Positions 37,891 through 48,566 of a stretch of DNA of 64,000 bases are shown here, piece after piece (the stretch's first letter is position 1; the number at the start of each line of letters is the position of its first letter). The notes under the pieces are model-generated. The model ran no database searches and was not told where the DNA came from. It saw only the letters and a list, made by a program, of their open reading frames with translations. The DNA comes from Gemmatales bacterium (GTDB taxonomy: Bacteria; Planctomycetota; Planctomycetia; Gemmatales; HRBIN36), in assembly GCA_041640595.1 (NCBI GenBank), contig JBEPZY010000001.1, forward strand, positions 32,001 through 96,000, given 5' to 3'. Position numbers and translations under genes: made by a program.

Positions 37891-40363
37891 AATATCGAAA
37901 GAATCCGCCGGCTAAATCGTTGCTAATCGCAAACAACCTGCTGAGAAATTCCAGGTCTCGATTACTGAAATGCCAGAAATTCCCTCCCACCGCAAAATTT
38001 TGCATGCCCGCACTTAGTGCCTGATCGGCTTGTTGCAAGGCCATGTATCTTTCTAAATCAGCATTTGTAAGGGTCACCACGCTTGAAATGTAGGTCTTAT
38101 TGCCAAATGCTAGTGGGTTGTCGAAGAGCGAATCGCTCCAGGTTGCGCTGGCGAAAGGCGTTGATCGCGTCAAAGAAGGGCCGGTGTCGGCGTCCCCAGT
38201 TAGCTTTTCTACGTTAGATACCAGGGGCCTGCGAATTGAACCAGACGGCCTGGCGGAAGTGCTGCGTGCTCGGCTGTTGGCTATCGGTAAGCCTTCGATA
38301 TACAAGCTCCAGTTGACCAGGCGACCGGTATCACCGCCAGCCCTGTCCTGGATGCGTAAAGTCCAGGTGCCGGAAGCATCTTGATCGCGGAAAACTCCCA
38401 GGGGCTGTTCAGGACGGTAACTACCACGGAACGGGGCGATTCCTGCAGCGATTGGAACGTCGGCCTGGTCAGTGAGGACGGTGTCAGCAAAATTATCACC
38501 GGAACCGCCCCGTCGGTTTGCTAGGGTTATTGTTTTTCCCGACGGAGAGGTTAGCGTGATGACCAAATCGCCCGTCCAGCTATGCTCGACATTCAACTGT
38601 ACCTGCACGTTGGTAATTTTCACTGGTTGGGAAACGATAAGCGAAGCAGTTGTTGTTGCATAATCGCGAATTGGTGCGTTTAGTGTACCGCTGCGATAGG
38701 TATAAATGGGTGTCAAGGTGATTTGAGTCACATAGGCGTCCCGAACTGGATCACCGTTGATGCCGTCCGCGTTCTGGTCCATCGGGTTACCAGCCAGATC
38801 GGTAACGTTCGGCCCTATTCGCAAGGTATAGGTACCCGGCTGGGTTTGCGGAGCAAATGTTAGATCAAATGTGCTGCCTGGTGCATTCTGGTTTATTCGG
38901 CGGATAGACAGGAGTCGGACTCGTTGATTGCCGGGATCGGTGACCACCACACTATCCGCTGAAAAAGTGGCGATCGTCTCGCTAAAAGTTACCTGTGCTC
39001 CGAGCAGCGCCTGAGCGGTTCTGTTCCAATTAACGCGTAGCACCCGGGGCCCTAAGGTATCCCGAACTGGTGATTCTTGTAGAGCACGCTCAAGATTAAG
39101 CCGCCCTCCGGTGAGCAACTTCCCTTGAAGGGAAGGCAAGGGGTCCACTGTCTTCAATAGACGATCCTTAACCTGCCGAAAATTCCAGTCCGGATGCATG
39201 GCCCATAACAAAGCAGCGGCACCGCTTACGTGGGGGGCGGCCATAGATGTCCCGCTCCAGCTTGCATAGCCGTCGTTCGGCAACGTGCTGAGTATTCCGA
39301 CGCCAGGGGCAGCCAGGTGGACTGTGCTCGGCCCGAAGTTGGAAAAGGTGGCCAGGTTATCGTTACGGTCGCTAGCGGCGACGGCCAGAATATTAGTATT
39401 AGGGAAACTCGCCGGGTATGTAGGGGTCTGGTCGTTGTTCGTGCCGTTGTTTCCCGCCGCGGTAACGAAAAGCACCCCAGCGTTTTCCGCGCGATTGATG
39501 GCTTGCGCGAGGATACTACTGTAACCAGCACCGCCCCAGCTGGCGTTGATGATGCGGGCGCCCATCTGCACAGCGTAATCAATGGCCCGCACCGCATCCG
39601 CTACCGTACCGGTACCATTCGAACTAAGAAATTTCACCGCCATCAAGCGAACATTCCAGGCAACTCCTGCAATGCCGCGTCCATTATTGGCAACAGCACC
39701 GATAATTCCCGCAACATGCGTGCCATGTCCATGATCGTCCATCGGGTCGCTATCGTTATTGGCGAAATCGTACCCGAACACGTCATCTATATAACCGTTG
39801 CCATCGTCATCGAGGCCGTTATTAGGAATTTCGCGCGAATTGCGCCACATATTAGCGGCCAGGTCAGAATGCTTGTAATCTATGCCGGTGTCAATCACCG
39901 CTACGGTGATATTAGAGGCATTGGTATTTATATCCCAGGCGGCCAGGGCACGGATATCCGCGCCTGTTTGATTGTTTGCCAAGGCCCATTGCGAAGAAAA
40001 CATAGGATCATTGGGGACGGCGGCGAGCTGGATGCGGTAGTTGGGCTCTACTCGGATCACCCCAGGCACGGCGCGCAAAAGCCTCACGGCATCGGCCAGC
40101 GTGGTTTGGGGTTGCAGGCGCAGTTCGTAAACGTCCGCAGCGATTCTTTTCGTCTCGCTAAACAGTTTTTGATAACCGGTGAACAATGTTAGAGCACTCT
40201 CGCTCGAAGTGCGAACTAACACCGTATCCTTGGCGTAGTTGTGCGGCTGAACCTGAAGGTGCCAGAGCGGATACTGAACCGGAGCCAATCGTTCTTCAAG
40301 CGTTTCGACCAGTAGCTGCACACGGCGAGCGTGTGAGCCAGCATAAGGATAGCGACCGGGCAT
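37868..40363 (-). CDS. S8 subtilase with LEPR-XLL-like N-terminus, Ig-like domain and proprotein convertase P-domain
   Basis: LLVETLEERLAP; triad VIDTG, HGTHVAG and GTSMAAPHV; P-domain HSWTGDL..LTSPSG and GTWTLRIQD. ATG 40363 follows GGAG. Confidence 0.92.
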   Translation of the reverse strand: MPGRYPYAGSHARRVQLLVETLEERLAPVQYPLWHLQVQPHNYAKDTVLVRTSSESALTLFTGYQKLFSETKRIAADVYELRLQPQTTLADAVRLLRAVPGVIRVEPNYRIQLAAVPNDPMFSSQWALANNQTGADIRALAAWDINTNASNITVAVIDTGIDYKHSDLAANMWRNSREIPNNGLDDDGNGYIDDVFGYDFANNDSDPMDDHGHGTHVAGIIGAVANNGRGIAGVAWNVRLMAVKFLSSNGTGTVADAVRAIDYAVQMGARIINASWGGAGYSSILAQAINRAENAGVLFVTAAGNNGTNNDQTPTYPASFPNTNILAVAASDRNDNLATFSNFGPSTVHLAAPGVGILSTLPNDGYASWSGTSMAAPHVSGAAALLWAMHPDWNFRQVKDRLLKTVDPLPSLQGKLLTGGRLNLERALQESPVRDTLGPRVLRVNWNRTAQALLGAQVTFSETIATFSADSVVVTDPGNQRVRLLSIRRINQNAPGSTFDLTFAPQTQPGTYTLRIGPNVTDLAGNPMDQNADGINGDPVRDAYVTQITLTPIYTYRSGTLNAPIRDYATTTASLIVSQPVKITNVQVQLNVEHSWTGDLVITLTSPSGKTITLANRRGGSGDNFADTVLTDQADVPIAAGIAPFRGSYRPEQPLGVFRDQDASGTWTLRIQDRAGGDTGRLVNWSLYIEGLPIANSRARSTSARPSGSIRRPLVSNVEKLTGDADTGPSLTRSTPFASATWSDSLFDNPLAFGNKTYISSVVTLTNADLERYMALQQADQALSAGMQNFAVGGNFWHFSNRDLEFLSRLFAISNDLAGGFFRYSKLRIVQ

Positions 40364-40693
40364 GTCGTTCTCCCAGGCTTGGACGGGAAAGCCATGGGGA
40401 GCCGGGCCAAACCGCTCACCAATCCAGCAGGAAATTTCGTGCGTTCGGCAAAATCGGTAAAGCCCGGTGAAATGGCTGGTTCGTTGTTTCCGATACATTC
40501 TTACTACACGGAACGACCCGAGTCAAACATACGGTCGGCAAATCCGGCGCAACAAGCATTACCAGCACGTCATCGCGCGGGGAGGTTTTTGCTCCGCAAA
40601 GCAAGCAGTTTTTACCCGGCCTAACGGTCATGCACCCTTTGCGAGGCGATTCACCCGGCTTACATTAACTCCAGGAAAATCAGGAGCCGTATC

Positions 40694-42529
40694 ATGCAAC
40701 CCGGCGAACGATTGGGTACGTTTACCATCGAAAAAGAGCTCGGTCAGGGCGCCATGGGAGCGGTCTATCTGGCGCGGCACGAGGAGACCGGCCGGCGTGT
40801 CGCCCTGAAGCTCATGCTGGCCGGGCTCGACTCCAATCCCAAAGCCCAGGCACGCTTTGAGCGGGAAGCGGATGTTCTCAAGCAACTGCGCCACCCGAAC
40901 GTGGTTCAGCTTGTAGCCATAGGGAAGTTTCGTGGTCGGCCTTTTTATGCGATGGAGTTTATTGAGGGAGAAAGTTTAGACCGCGTTCTGGAACGCCGTC
41001 GGCGACTCAGCTGGCAGGAGGCTGCCGAAATCGCTAAGCAGGTCTGTGCCGCCCTGCAACACGTTCATGACAAAGGCATCCTGCACCGCGACCTCAAGCC
41101 CAGCAACCTGATGGTTACCAAGGATGGAAAGGTGAAGTTAACCGATTTCGGCATTGCCAAGGACTTAGATCGCACTGCGCTTACCTCTGCCAACTATACC
41201 GTGGGAACAGCGGCCTATATGTCGCCTGAACAGTGTCGGGGTGAAGCCGATATTGACCACCGAACGGACCTTTATTCGCTCGGCGTTGTGTTATTTGAGC
41301 TTATCGCCGGTCGGCGGCCTTTTGAAGCCGATAGTCCTGTGCAGATGCTTATGAAGCACTTGCGTGCTAAACCTCCCCGAGTACGCGAATTTGCTCCAGA
41401 TGTCCCGGCGGAATTGGACAGCTTAATTGACCAGTTATTAGAGAAAAAACGCGATCATCGGCCCCGCGATGCCAAAACGGTTGCTCAAACTCTAGAACGT
41501 ATTCTCGAACAATATAGAGAGGGAAAAAGTCTGGCGGTAGATGCGGCTAAGCAGTTAACGCGAACTAGCTCCGATGAAGATAAAAGCGCCGCTCGTGCCA
41601 TTCTCACTACCCGAGAAAGAAAATCCTCACGCCGCCGCTGGTCACGCAAACAGAAGGAGAAACTTTTTACAGCGCTTGGATTATCTTTCATGCTGATGCT
41701 TATTGTCGGCCTAGTGGTCTATATTCTCTGGCCCGACCCGGATAAGCCACTCCGTGAAGCCGTTGCCCTTTATGAAAGAGGCGAGGCTCTTTATAAGGAA
41801 GGGCAGACCGGCGACGCCTTTGCCATCTGGTACGATGCGATACGAAAATTAGAGTTAGTCGCTGGCCAGGAAGAAGGTGAGCGTGCAAACCAGGCTCGAA
41901 ACTACCTGTGGCGTATCGAAGCTGCTATGATCCTGGACCGGCTCCAGAAGTTTTTGCAAAACAAAGAAACCTGGGCCTCTGTGGAACGTTCCCTAACCAG
42001 CGAAGCACAACGTGCGCGGAAAGATTTAGAACGCATCTGGGCTCGGGAGTTTGATAACATCGAGTTTGCCGAACTAGCACGATCACTCATAGCAAAGCTG
42101 GAGGTGCCGCATCTTATAGAGGAAATTCAAAAGCTCGCGCATGTGCAGGAGCCGAAAAGCTGGCCCGAAGCCCGGCTGAAAATCAAATATTTCCTGGAAC
42201 GTTACGCGATGCGTGCAGAAGCACAGGAGGCTAAAGAAATTGTTCAGCGGATTCAACTTCGGCTCGACAAACATCAGTTCGCACTCGATTGGCTCCGGCG
42301 GCAACAACCCCGGGAAATTCACTCCCATCCGGTGATTGAAGCTGCCTTGCAAGCACTCGAACATGAGCAGGTCGGTCAGGTAGAGCCAGCCCTAAACCTC
42401 TGGCAACAAATCGCTACATTACGCACAGGCCAAAACACGCCTCCGGAGTGGAAACGATTTGTCGGTCTCCCTGACATGGAAGGCTGGATACTCCTGGCGG
42501 AGGAAAAATTGCAGGCACTTAAGAAATAA
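40694..42529 (+). CDS. Membrane-anchored Hanks-type Ser/Thr protein kinase
   Basis: LGQGAMGAVY, VALK, HRDLKPSN, DFG and YMSPEQ; one TM helix, then a helical domain. Confidence 0.95.
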   Translation: MQPGERLGTFTIEKELGQGAMGAVYLARHEETGRRVALKLMLAGLDSNPKAQARFEREADVLKQLRHPNVVQLVAIGKFRGRPFYAMEFIEGESLDRVLERRRRLSWQEAAEIAKQVCAALQHVHDKGILHRDLKPSNLMVTKDGKVKLTDFGIAKDLDRTALTSANYTVGTAAYMSPEQCRGEADIDHRTDLYSLGVVLFELIAGRRPFEADSPVQMLMKHLRAKPPRVREFAPDVPAELDSLIDQLLEKKRDHRPRDAKTVAQTLERILEQYREGKSLAVDAAKQLTRTSSDEDKSAARAILTTRERKSSRRRWSRKQKEKLFTALGLSFMLMLIVGLVVYILWPDPDKPLREAVALYERGEALYKEGQTGDAFAIWYDAIRKLELVAGQEEGERANQARNYLWRIEAAMILDRLQKFLQNKETWASVERSLTSEAQRARKDLERIWAREFDNIEFAELARSLIAKLEVPHLIEEIQKLAHVQEPKSWPEARLKIKYFLERYAMRAEAQEAKEIVQRIQLRLDKHQFALDWLRRQQPREIHSHPVIEAALQALEHEQVGQVEPALNLWQQIATLRTGQNTPPEWKRFVGLPDMEGWILLAEEKLQALKK

Positions 42530-42600
42530 CGCGAATGCAACAAAATTGCCGCGATACTTTTCAAACCTTCCGAGAATATAGCTAAGGGTGAACGCACACT

Positions 42601-43926
42601 ATGACCACAACCTTCCCACGTGAACGCAGTCGCTATGCTTATCAACGAGCGGTGCAAGTCATTCCCGGCGGCGTGAACAGTCCTGCTCGCGCTTTCGGCG
42701 CAGTGGGCGGAGATCCCATATTCATTTCGCGCGGACAGGGGCCTTATATTTGGGATATAGACGGGAACCGCTATATAGATTATGTAGCTTCCTGGGGGCC
42801 GTTGATATTAGGCCACGCATATCCGGCAGTGCTATCAGCAATTGAAGAGGTGGCGCGTTGTGGCACCAGCTTTGGTGCTCCGACCGAGCGCGAAACCGAG
42901 TTAGCAGAGCTGATATGTAGAGCCGTCCCCGGCGTGGAAATGGTGCGCCTGGTCAATTCGGGGACAGAAGCTGCCATGAGCGCCATTCGTTTGGCGCGTG
43001 GTTTTACCGGCCGAAATCGCATTATAAAGTTTGCTGGATGTTATCATGGCCACGTGGATTCTTTGCTCGTGCAGGCAGGTTCCAGCGCCACAACATTAGG
43101 CGTGCCGAATAGCCCCGGTGTCACACCGGGTTGCACTGCCGACACTATCTGCTTGCACTATAATGATGTATCCGCGTTGGAAGAGGCTTTCCGAACCCAA
43201 GGCACAACTATCGCTGCCGTTATTTTAGAGCCAGTCGTTGGCAACATGGGTGTAGTTTTACCTACCCGTGATTTTCTCCATGCGGCACGCGAACTTACAC
43301 AACGGTATGGCGCCTTGCTTATTTACGACGAAGTTATGACCGGTTTCCGTCTTGCCTGGGGCGGGGCGCAGGAGTTCTTAGCTCGTCAACAACTCCAACC
43401 TAAAGAAGGACCCGACTTAGTCGTTCTAGGCAAGATCATAGGCGGGGGACTTCCTGTCGGGGCGTATGGAGGTCGAGCTGAGATCATGAAGAAAATCGCT
43501 CCTGTTGGGCCAGTCTTTCAGGCCGGCACACTGTCGGGAAATCCATTGGCTGTAGCCTGTGGTTTGGCCACCTTGCGGGAACTAGAAAGGTTGCAACCTT
43601 ACGATTTATTAGAACGCCGAACCAAACGGCTTTGTCAAGGGCTTAGCGAACTGGCGCGCAATCATTCAATCCCCCATCAGATCGCCCAGGCAGGAAGTAT
43701 GTGGACGCTGTTTTTCCATGAGCAACCTGTTACCGACTACCGCGAAGCACTGAAAAGCGACACCAAACGATTTGCTAAGTTTTTCTGGGCAATGCTCGAA
43801 CGCGGTGTATATCTGCCGTGCAGCCAATTTGAAGCAGCCTTCGTGTCCACAGCTCATGATGATGCTATCTTAGACCAGACACTCGCGATAGCTCGTGAGG
43901 CCTTCGCCGAGTTAGTGTCGGGCTAA
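42601..43926 (+). CDS. hemL: Glutamate-1-semialdehyde 2,1-aminomutase
   Basis: PGGVNSPARAF, SGTEA, GCYHGH, DEVMTGFR, GKIIGGGLPVG and QAGTLSGNP. Confidence 0.97.
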   Translation: MTTTFPRERSRYAYQRAVQVIPGGVNSPARAFGAVGGDPIFISRGQGPYIWDIDGNRYIDYVASWGPLILGHAYPAVLSAIEEVARCGTSFGAPTERETELAELICRAVPGVEMVRLVNSGTEAAMSAIRLARGFTGRNRIIKFAGCYHGHVDSLLVQAGSSATTLGVPNSPGVTPGCTADTICLHYNDVSALEEAFRTQGTTIAAVILEPVVGNMGVVLPTRDFLHAARELTQRYGALLIYDEVMTGFRLAWGGAQEFLARQQLQPKEGPDLVVLGKIIGGGLPVGAYGGRAEIMKKIAPVGPVFQAGTLSGNPLAVACGLATLRELERLQPYDLLERRTKRLCQGLSELARNHSIPHQIAQAGSMWTLFFHEQPVTDYREALKSDTKRFAKFFWAMLERGVYLPCSQFEAAFVSTAHDDAILDQTLAIAREAFAELVSG

Positions 43927-45170
43927 ACATCGCTGGCAGTTCCAATGGCCACTTCGACCTCCTCGATAGACCTGATAACCGGACAAGTCGGCTCGAATAG
44001 CTGAGGGTACTTCTGGGCGGCCCCTGTATTGAAGATTACAACAGTCTCATCAGCCCGAACTTTCTGGTTCTCAATGAGGGTTTGCAAGGCATCAAAGCAA
44101 ACCGCAGCTTCGGGACAAATGGCCAACCCCTCCAGACGAGCTACATGCTGCATCCAGAACCGAATGTTAGTCTCCCGACCAGCAATGGCAGCACCGCCGC
44201 TTTTACGCACTGCATCTAATATTAGAAAATCGCCAAATGCTTCGGGCACGCGCAACCCACTCGCTTCTGTTTGCGGATTCGGAATAGGTTCCGCTCTAAG
44301 TTGCCCTTTCTCAAAGGCACGGACGATTGGTGCGCATCCATCGGACTGACATGCATAAAAGCGGGGCAGTTTCTCTCCTTTCAACCAGCCTAATTGGCGC
44401 AGCTCCTCCAAAGCCTTCCACATTCCTATCAACCCTGTACCTCCGCCGGTAGGATAGAGAATAACATCCGGCAGTTGCCAGCCCAACTGCTCGACCAATT
44501 CTAGTCCCATTGTTTTCTTACCTTCCACACGATAAGGTTCCCGAAGGGTGGACACGTTCAACCAGCCAAATCGCAAAACACCAAGTCGAACTAAACGAGC
44601 ACAATCAGAAATAAGGCCGGGAACTAAATAAACCTTTCCTCCCGCTAAACTCGCTTCGAGTATATTGATTCGCGGTGTATCTACAGGCATAAAGATATAG
44701 GCTTCGAGGCCCGCTCGAGCAGCGTAAAGTGCTAATGCGCCGCCTGCATTACCCGCACTGGGAATTGCTACGCGCCTGGCCCCTAGCCATTTCGCCATGC
44801 TCACCGCTACGCTCATTCCGCGACTTTTGAAACTGCCGCTCGGCAATTGCGATTCATCCTTAACCAATAAACGCTTTAATCCAAATTCAGTGGCCAGGCG
44901 CGGACACTCGATAAGCGGAGTCCATCCCTCGCCTAAACTCACTGGCTCAACCTCGGTGGGCAGAGGCAATAGCTCGCGATACCGCCAGAGCGTCGGCGGC
45001 CGCAGGGCCAGCTGCTGGGGAGTAACTGCCAGACGCACTTTTTCCAGGTCGTAGCGTACCAGAACCGGTTGGTCTATGTCTGGCCCGGGCCAGCTTTTGT
45101 AAGGAAAACGCCCACCGTCTCTGGCACCTTCTAAGTAAGCGACATAATGAGCCAAAGCCTCGCTCTCCAA
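43923..45170 (-). CDS. thrC: Second threonine synthase family PLP enzyme
   Basis: LGEGWTPL, PSGSFKSRG, PSAGNAG, EPYRVEGKKT and YPTGGGTG. The symbol is family-level only. Confidence 0.75.
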   Translation of the reverse strand: MESEALAHYVAYLEGARDGGRFPYKSWPGPDIDQPVLVRYDLEKVRLAVTPQQLALRPPTLWRYRELLPLPTEVEPVSLGEGWTPLIECPRLATEFGLKRLLVKDESQLPSGSFKSRGMSVAVSMAKWLGARRVAIPSAGNAGGALALYAARAGLEAYIFMPVDTPRINILEASLAGGKVYLVPGLISDCARLVRLGVLRFGWLNVSTLREPYRVEGKKTMGLELVEQLGWQLPDVILYPTGGGTGLIGMWKALEELRQLGWLKGEKLPRFYACQSDGCAPIVRAFEKGQLRAEPIPNPQTEASGLRVPEAFGDFLILDAVRKSGGAAIAGRETNIRFWMQHVARLEGLAICPEAAVCFDALQTLIENQKVRADETVVIFNTGAAQKYPQLFEPTCPVIRSIEEVEVAIGTASDV

Positions 45171-45219
45171 ACTGCTTCAGAGGAGGGGGCCTCCAGTTAT
45201 TCCCAGAATGTCCGAGGAT

Positions 45220-46440
45220 CTACTGGCGCCGTAGATCGAGGCAATAGATATAGCGGCGATCCCGCAGGTAAAGTTTGCCGTCTGCAATCGTTGGCACCGT
45301 GCGATTATCACCTAAGTAACCGGTCAACCTGGCTTTCTCCACATAGCCCTTCGGAGTTGCTTCTACCAAAACTAAATCGCCCGTCTTGGTAGTAATAAAC
45401 AGATGGCCGTCGGCCAGAGTAATCGCCGCTTTCCCGAAACGTGGTTGCGACCAGACCAACCGACCGGTCTTCAGTTCTACGCAATTGAGATTGATCACCC
45501 CACTAAATTCGCCAGAAACACCGTATAAATAACCGTTATGATGAACAGCATTGGCCCAATAATTTTTCATAACACTCTTGGCTCCGCGACTTTGCCAGAC
45601 CAGCTGGGGAGGCGTCGTGCTGAGACGATATAAGGCGCACCCCATTTGTTCGCCAGAAGCGATGAAAACCAGATCGTCAATTACAAGTGGGGTACATATA
45701 TTGCAGCCGTAATCCGTTTTCCATGGGATTTGCCAGAGGAGTGTGCCGCTGCGGAAATCTACTCCATGTAAACCGCTGGCGGTGAAAAATAGGGCAATCT
45801 TTCTCCCTTGAATCGTCGCTATATTCGGAGAAGCATACGCAGCCTGGTCGTCGCCCGTTTTCCAGACTACTTCGCCGGTCATTTTGTTCAGTGCCGCGAC
45901 GCTGGCTCCAGGTGCACCGGGTATCACCAGCACTAAGTTTTCCTCAACCAGCGGTGACGCAGACATACCCCAGGTAATGCGTTTTGCGCCAAAGTCTCGA
46001 AGCAAATCCCGCTGCCAGATTCGTTTGCCCGTATTCGCCTCCAAACAAAGAACCGGGCCGTTCACCGAGGTTATATAGACGCGGTTATCATCTACAGCAG
46101 GCGTACTGCGCGGGCCATTACCGTATTCATTGTGAAAACCAGGACCAATGTCGTAGGTCCAGACCACCTTGCCGGTGTTCGCGTCTAAACACAGGACAAT
46201 TTCACGATCCTGACGCTGGACGATCGTATAGGCTCTTCCCCCGGCCACCGCGACTGAGGAGTAACCGTCACCGCCTTCAATCTTCCACAATAATTTAGGG
46301 CCTCCAGCCGGCCAGGTGGTGAGCAGACCGGTTTGCGGTGAGCTGCCATTGCGGTTTGGTCCCAGCCAGTTAGGCCAGTCCGCGGATAGCCCCGATGCAA
46401 GCCACCATCCAAGCGCGAGTAGCACAATCAGGTGTTTCAT
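45220..46440 (-). CDS. Secreted PQQ-like (BamB-like) beta-propeller protein
   Basis: Signal peptide then ADWPNWLGPNRNG; repeated LDANTGKxxW units; GKLYLRD. ATG 46440 follows AGGAGG. Confidence 0.9.
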   Translation of the reverse strand: MKHLIVLLALGWWLASGLSADWPNWLGPNRNGSSPQTGLLTTWPAGGPKLLWKIEGGDGYSSVAVAGGRAYTIVQRQDREIVLCLDANTGKVVWTYDIGPGFHNEYGNGPRSTPAVDDNRVYITSVNGPVLCLEANTGKRIWQRDLLRDFGAKRITWGMSASPLVEENLVLVIPGAPGASVAALNKMTGEVVWKTGDDQAAYASPNIATIQGRKIALFFTASGLHGVDFRSGTLLWQIPWKTDYGCNICTPLVIDDLVFIASGEQMGCALYRLSTTPPQLVWQSRGAKSVMKNYWANAVHHNGYLYGVSGEFSGVINLNCVELKTGRLVWSQPRFGKAAITLADGHLFITTKTGDLVLVEATPKGYVEKARLTGYLGDNRTVPTIADGKLYLRDRRYIYCLDLRRQ

Positions 46441-46576
46441 GACCAGCTTCCTCCTTCTCTTGCCTGTAATGATGTGTTCATTATAAGATAAGAACGCCAT
46501 GTCGGCACCCCTTGGGATGACGCGATGCGTGAAATAATGTGCGGCAAAAGTCAACGAATCTCTCCGGGGTATCAAT

Positions 46577-47479
46577 ATGCAATCTTCCCCTGTGGAAATT
46601 TCGATTGCTCTAATTCAGCTACGCTGTGAAGAGGACCCCGAAATAAATGTACAGCGTGCCAGGGAGAGGATTATTCAGGCCCACGAACGGGGCGCGATGC
46701 TGATTTGCTTGCCCGAACTTTTCAAGACACAATATTTTTGCCAAACCGAAGATCCGCGTTTCTTTGACTTTGCCGAACCGATACCAGGCCCCACGACAGA
46801 ACTTATGCAGGGTCTTGCACGCGACTTACATGTTGTCCTGGTTGTGCCTCTCTTCGAGCGTCGCGCCCCGGGACTTTACCATAACTCGGTCATTGTCATT
46901 GACGCTGATGGCCATTGTTGCGGAATCTATCGCAAGATGCACATTCCTGATGATCCTTTGTACTACGAAAAGTATTATTTCACCCCCGGGGACCTAGGTT
47001 TTCGCGCCTTCGCTACCGCGGCAGGTAAAATTGGCACCTTAATATGCTGGGATCAATGGTTTCCGGAAGCTGCGCGTCTAACTGTACTGCAGGGAGCAGA
47101 GATCTTGCTTTACCCGACAGCGATTGGCTGGCACCCTCACGAGAAAGATACCTGGGGAGCCGACCAATATAGTGCCTGGCAGACCGTTCAGCGGAGTCAT
47201 GCGATAGCGAATGGGGTCTTTGTCGCGGCAGTGAATCGGGTTGGCCATGAAGGACCTCCGTCTGGCGGCCTGGAGTTCTGGGGTGGTTCGTTTGTTAGCG
47301 ACCCCTTTGGACGCATCCTGGCGCAAGCCAGTCACGACCATGAAGAAATCCTGCTCTGTCGAATTGATAAGTCGCAAATCGAAGCGGTACGCCGCAATTG
47401 GCCCTTCCTGCGGGATCGCAGAATTGACGCTTATCAAGGTCTAACAAGCCGATTCTTAGATAACAATCCATGGCGATAA
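46577..47479 (+). CDS. aguB: N-carbamoylputrescine amidase (carbon-nitrogen hydrolase)
   Basis: LPELF, YRKMHIPDDP.YYEK and ICWDQWFPE; adjacent to agmatine deiminase. Confidence 0.88.
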   Translation: MQSSPVEISIALIQLRCEEDPEINVQRARERIIQAHERGAMLICLPELFKTQYFCQTEDPRFFDFAEPIPGPTTELMQGLARDLHVVLVVPLFERRAPGLYHNSVIVIDADGHCCGIYRKMHIPDDPLYYEKYYFTPGDLGFRAFATAAGKIGTLICWDQWFPEAARLTVLQGAEILLYPTAIGWHPHEKDTWGADQYSAWQTVQRSHAIANGVFVAAVNRVGHEGPPSGGLEFWGGSFVSDPFGRILAQASHDHEEILLCRIDKSQIEAVRRNWPFLRDRRIDAYQGLTSRFLDNNPWR

Positions 47480-48531
47480 TGGCTGATAATAGTCTGAGTG
47501 TAACTCTTAATTGGCCTGCAGAATGGCAACGACACTGCGCCACCTGGATTGCCTGGCCACATAATCATGATGATTGGCCGAACAAATTCGAGCCGATTCC
47601 CTGGGTTTATGCCGAAATTGTTCGCTGGTTGCAACATTCCGAAACAGTGCACATACTCGTGCGAGATGCCGCCGAAGAGCGTGCGGCGATTAGGGTGCTG
47701 GAATTTTCTCACGTTCCTGTGCACGGTATCCGCTTTCACCACGTACGCACTAATCGGGTGTGGACGCGCGATTACGCTCCTATATTCGTCTATGACCAAC
47801 GAGGTCACAAAGTAGCCCTGAAATGGCAATTCCGGGGCTGGTCTAAATATCCGGACTGGCAAGATGACAACGAGGCTGGCCTGGAGATCGCTAAGCTAAC
47901 TCAAGCCAGCGTCGTTCATGTTAGTTATCAAGGTAGACCTGTGGTATTAGAAGGCGGAGCCATTGACAGCAACGGCGCTGGGGTCATCCTGGCTACTGAG
48001 GAATGTTTGTTAAGTGAACAGCAGCAACGAAATCCTGGTTTTAGCCGTGAGGATTACGAGAAGTTGTTTCAAGACTGGCTGGGAGCGCGCCAGGTAATCT
48101 GGCTTGCGCGTGGACTCCTCGGCGACGATACGCACGGACATATAGACGACATCGCACGCTTTGCAGGACCGGATACGATCTTGTTAGTGAAACCTACTGA
48201 TCGGCAGGACCCTAATTACGCAATTTATGAGGAGAATTATGAGCTTCTGCGAAAACAGTTGCCAACCATAGGACGATCCTGGCGAATTGTCGAGTTACCT
48301 TTGCCCGAGCCTAGATTCTTTCAAGGACAACGTCTGCCGGCCAGTTATGCCAACTTTTACGTCGCCAATCGGGTGGTGCTTGTTCCTACTTTCAATGATC
48401 CAGCCGATCGTGCAGCCCTTAATGTGCTCGGTGAACTTTTTCCCGACCGTACTGTGGTTGGGATTTATAGTGGCGATCTAATATTGGGACTCGGTGCTCT
48501 CCATTGCCTGACCATGCAGGAACCTGTGTAA
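47470..48531 (+). CDS. aguA: Agmatine deiminase family protein
   Basis: PAEW, WTRD, LEGGAI, DTHGHIDD, ASYANF and GALHCLT. Confidence 0.9.
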   Translation: MAIMADNSLSVTLNWPAEWQRHCATWIAWPHNHDDWPNKFEPIPWVYAEIVRWLQHSETVHILVRDAAEERAAIRVLEFSHVPVHGIRFHHVRTNRVWTRDYAPIFVYDQRGHKVALKWQFRGWSKYPDWQDDNEAGLEIAKLTQASVVHVSYQGRPVVLEGGAIDSNGAGVILATEECLLSEQQQRNPGFSREDYEKLFQDWLGARQVIWLARGLLGDDTHGHIDDIARFAGPDTILLVKPTDRQDPNYAIYEENYELLRKQLPTIGRSWRIVELPLPEPRFFQGQRLPASYANFYVANRVVLVPTFNDPADRAALNVLGELFPDRTVVGIYSGDLILGLGALHCLTMQEPV

Positions 48532-48566
48532 AGGGACTCAATTACTAAAGCCACCAGAAGACAGAA

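Noticed and set aside
48335..48360. dif-like arm TTATGCCAACT (also ttatgtagct near 42780) within the low-GC tract
   Set aside because: No matching XerC arm, and both are explained by conserved coding motifs (ASYANF, YIDYV).
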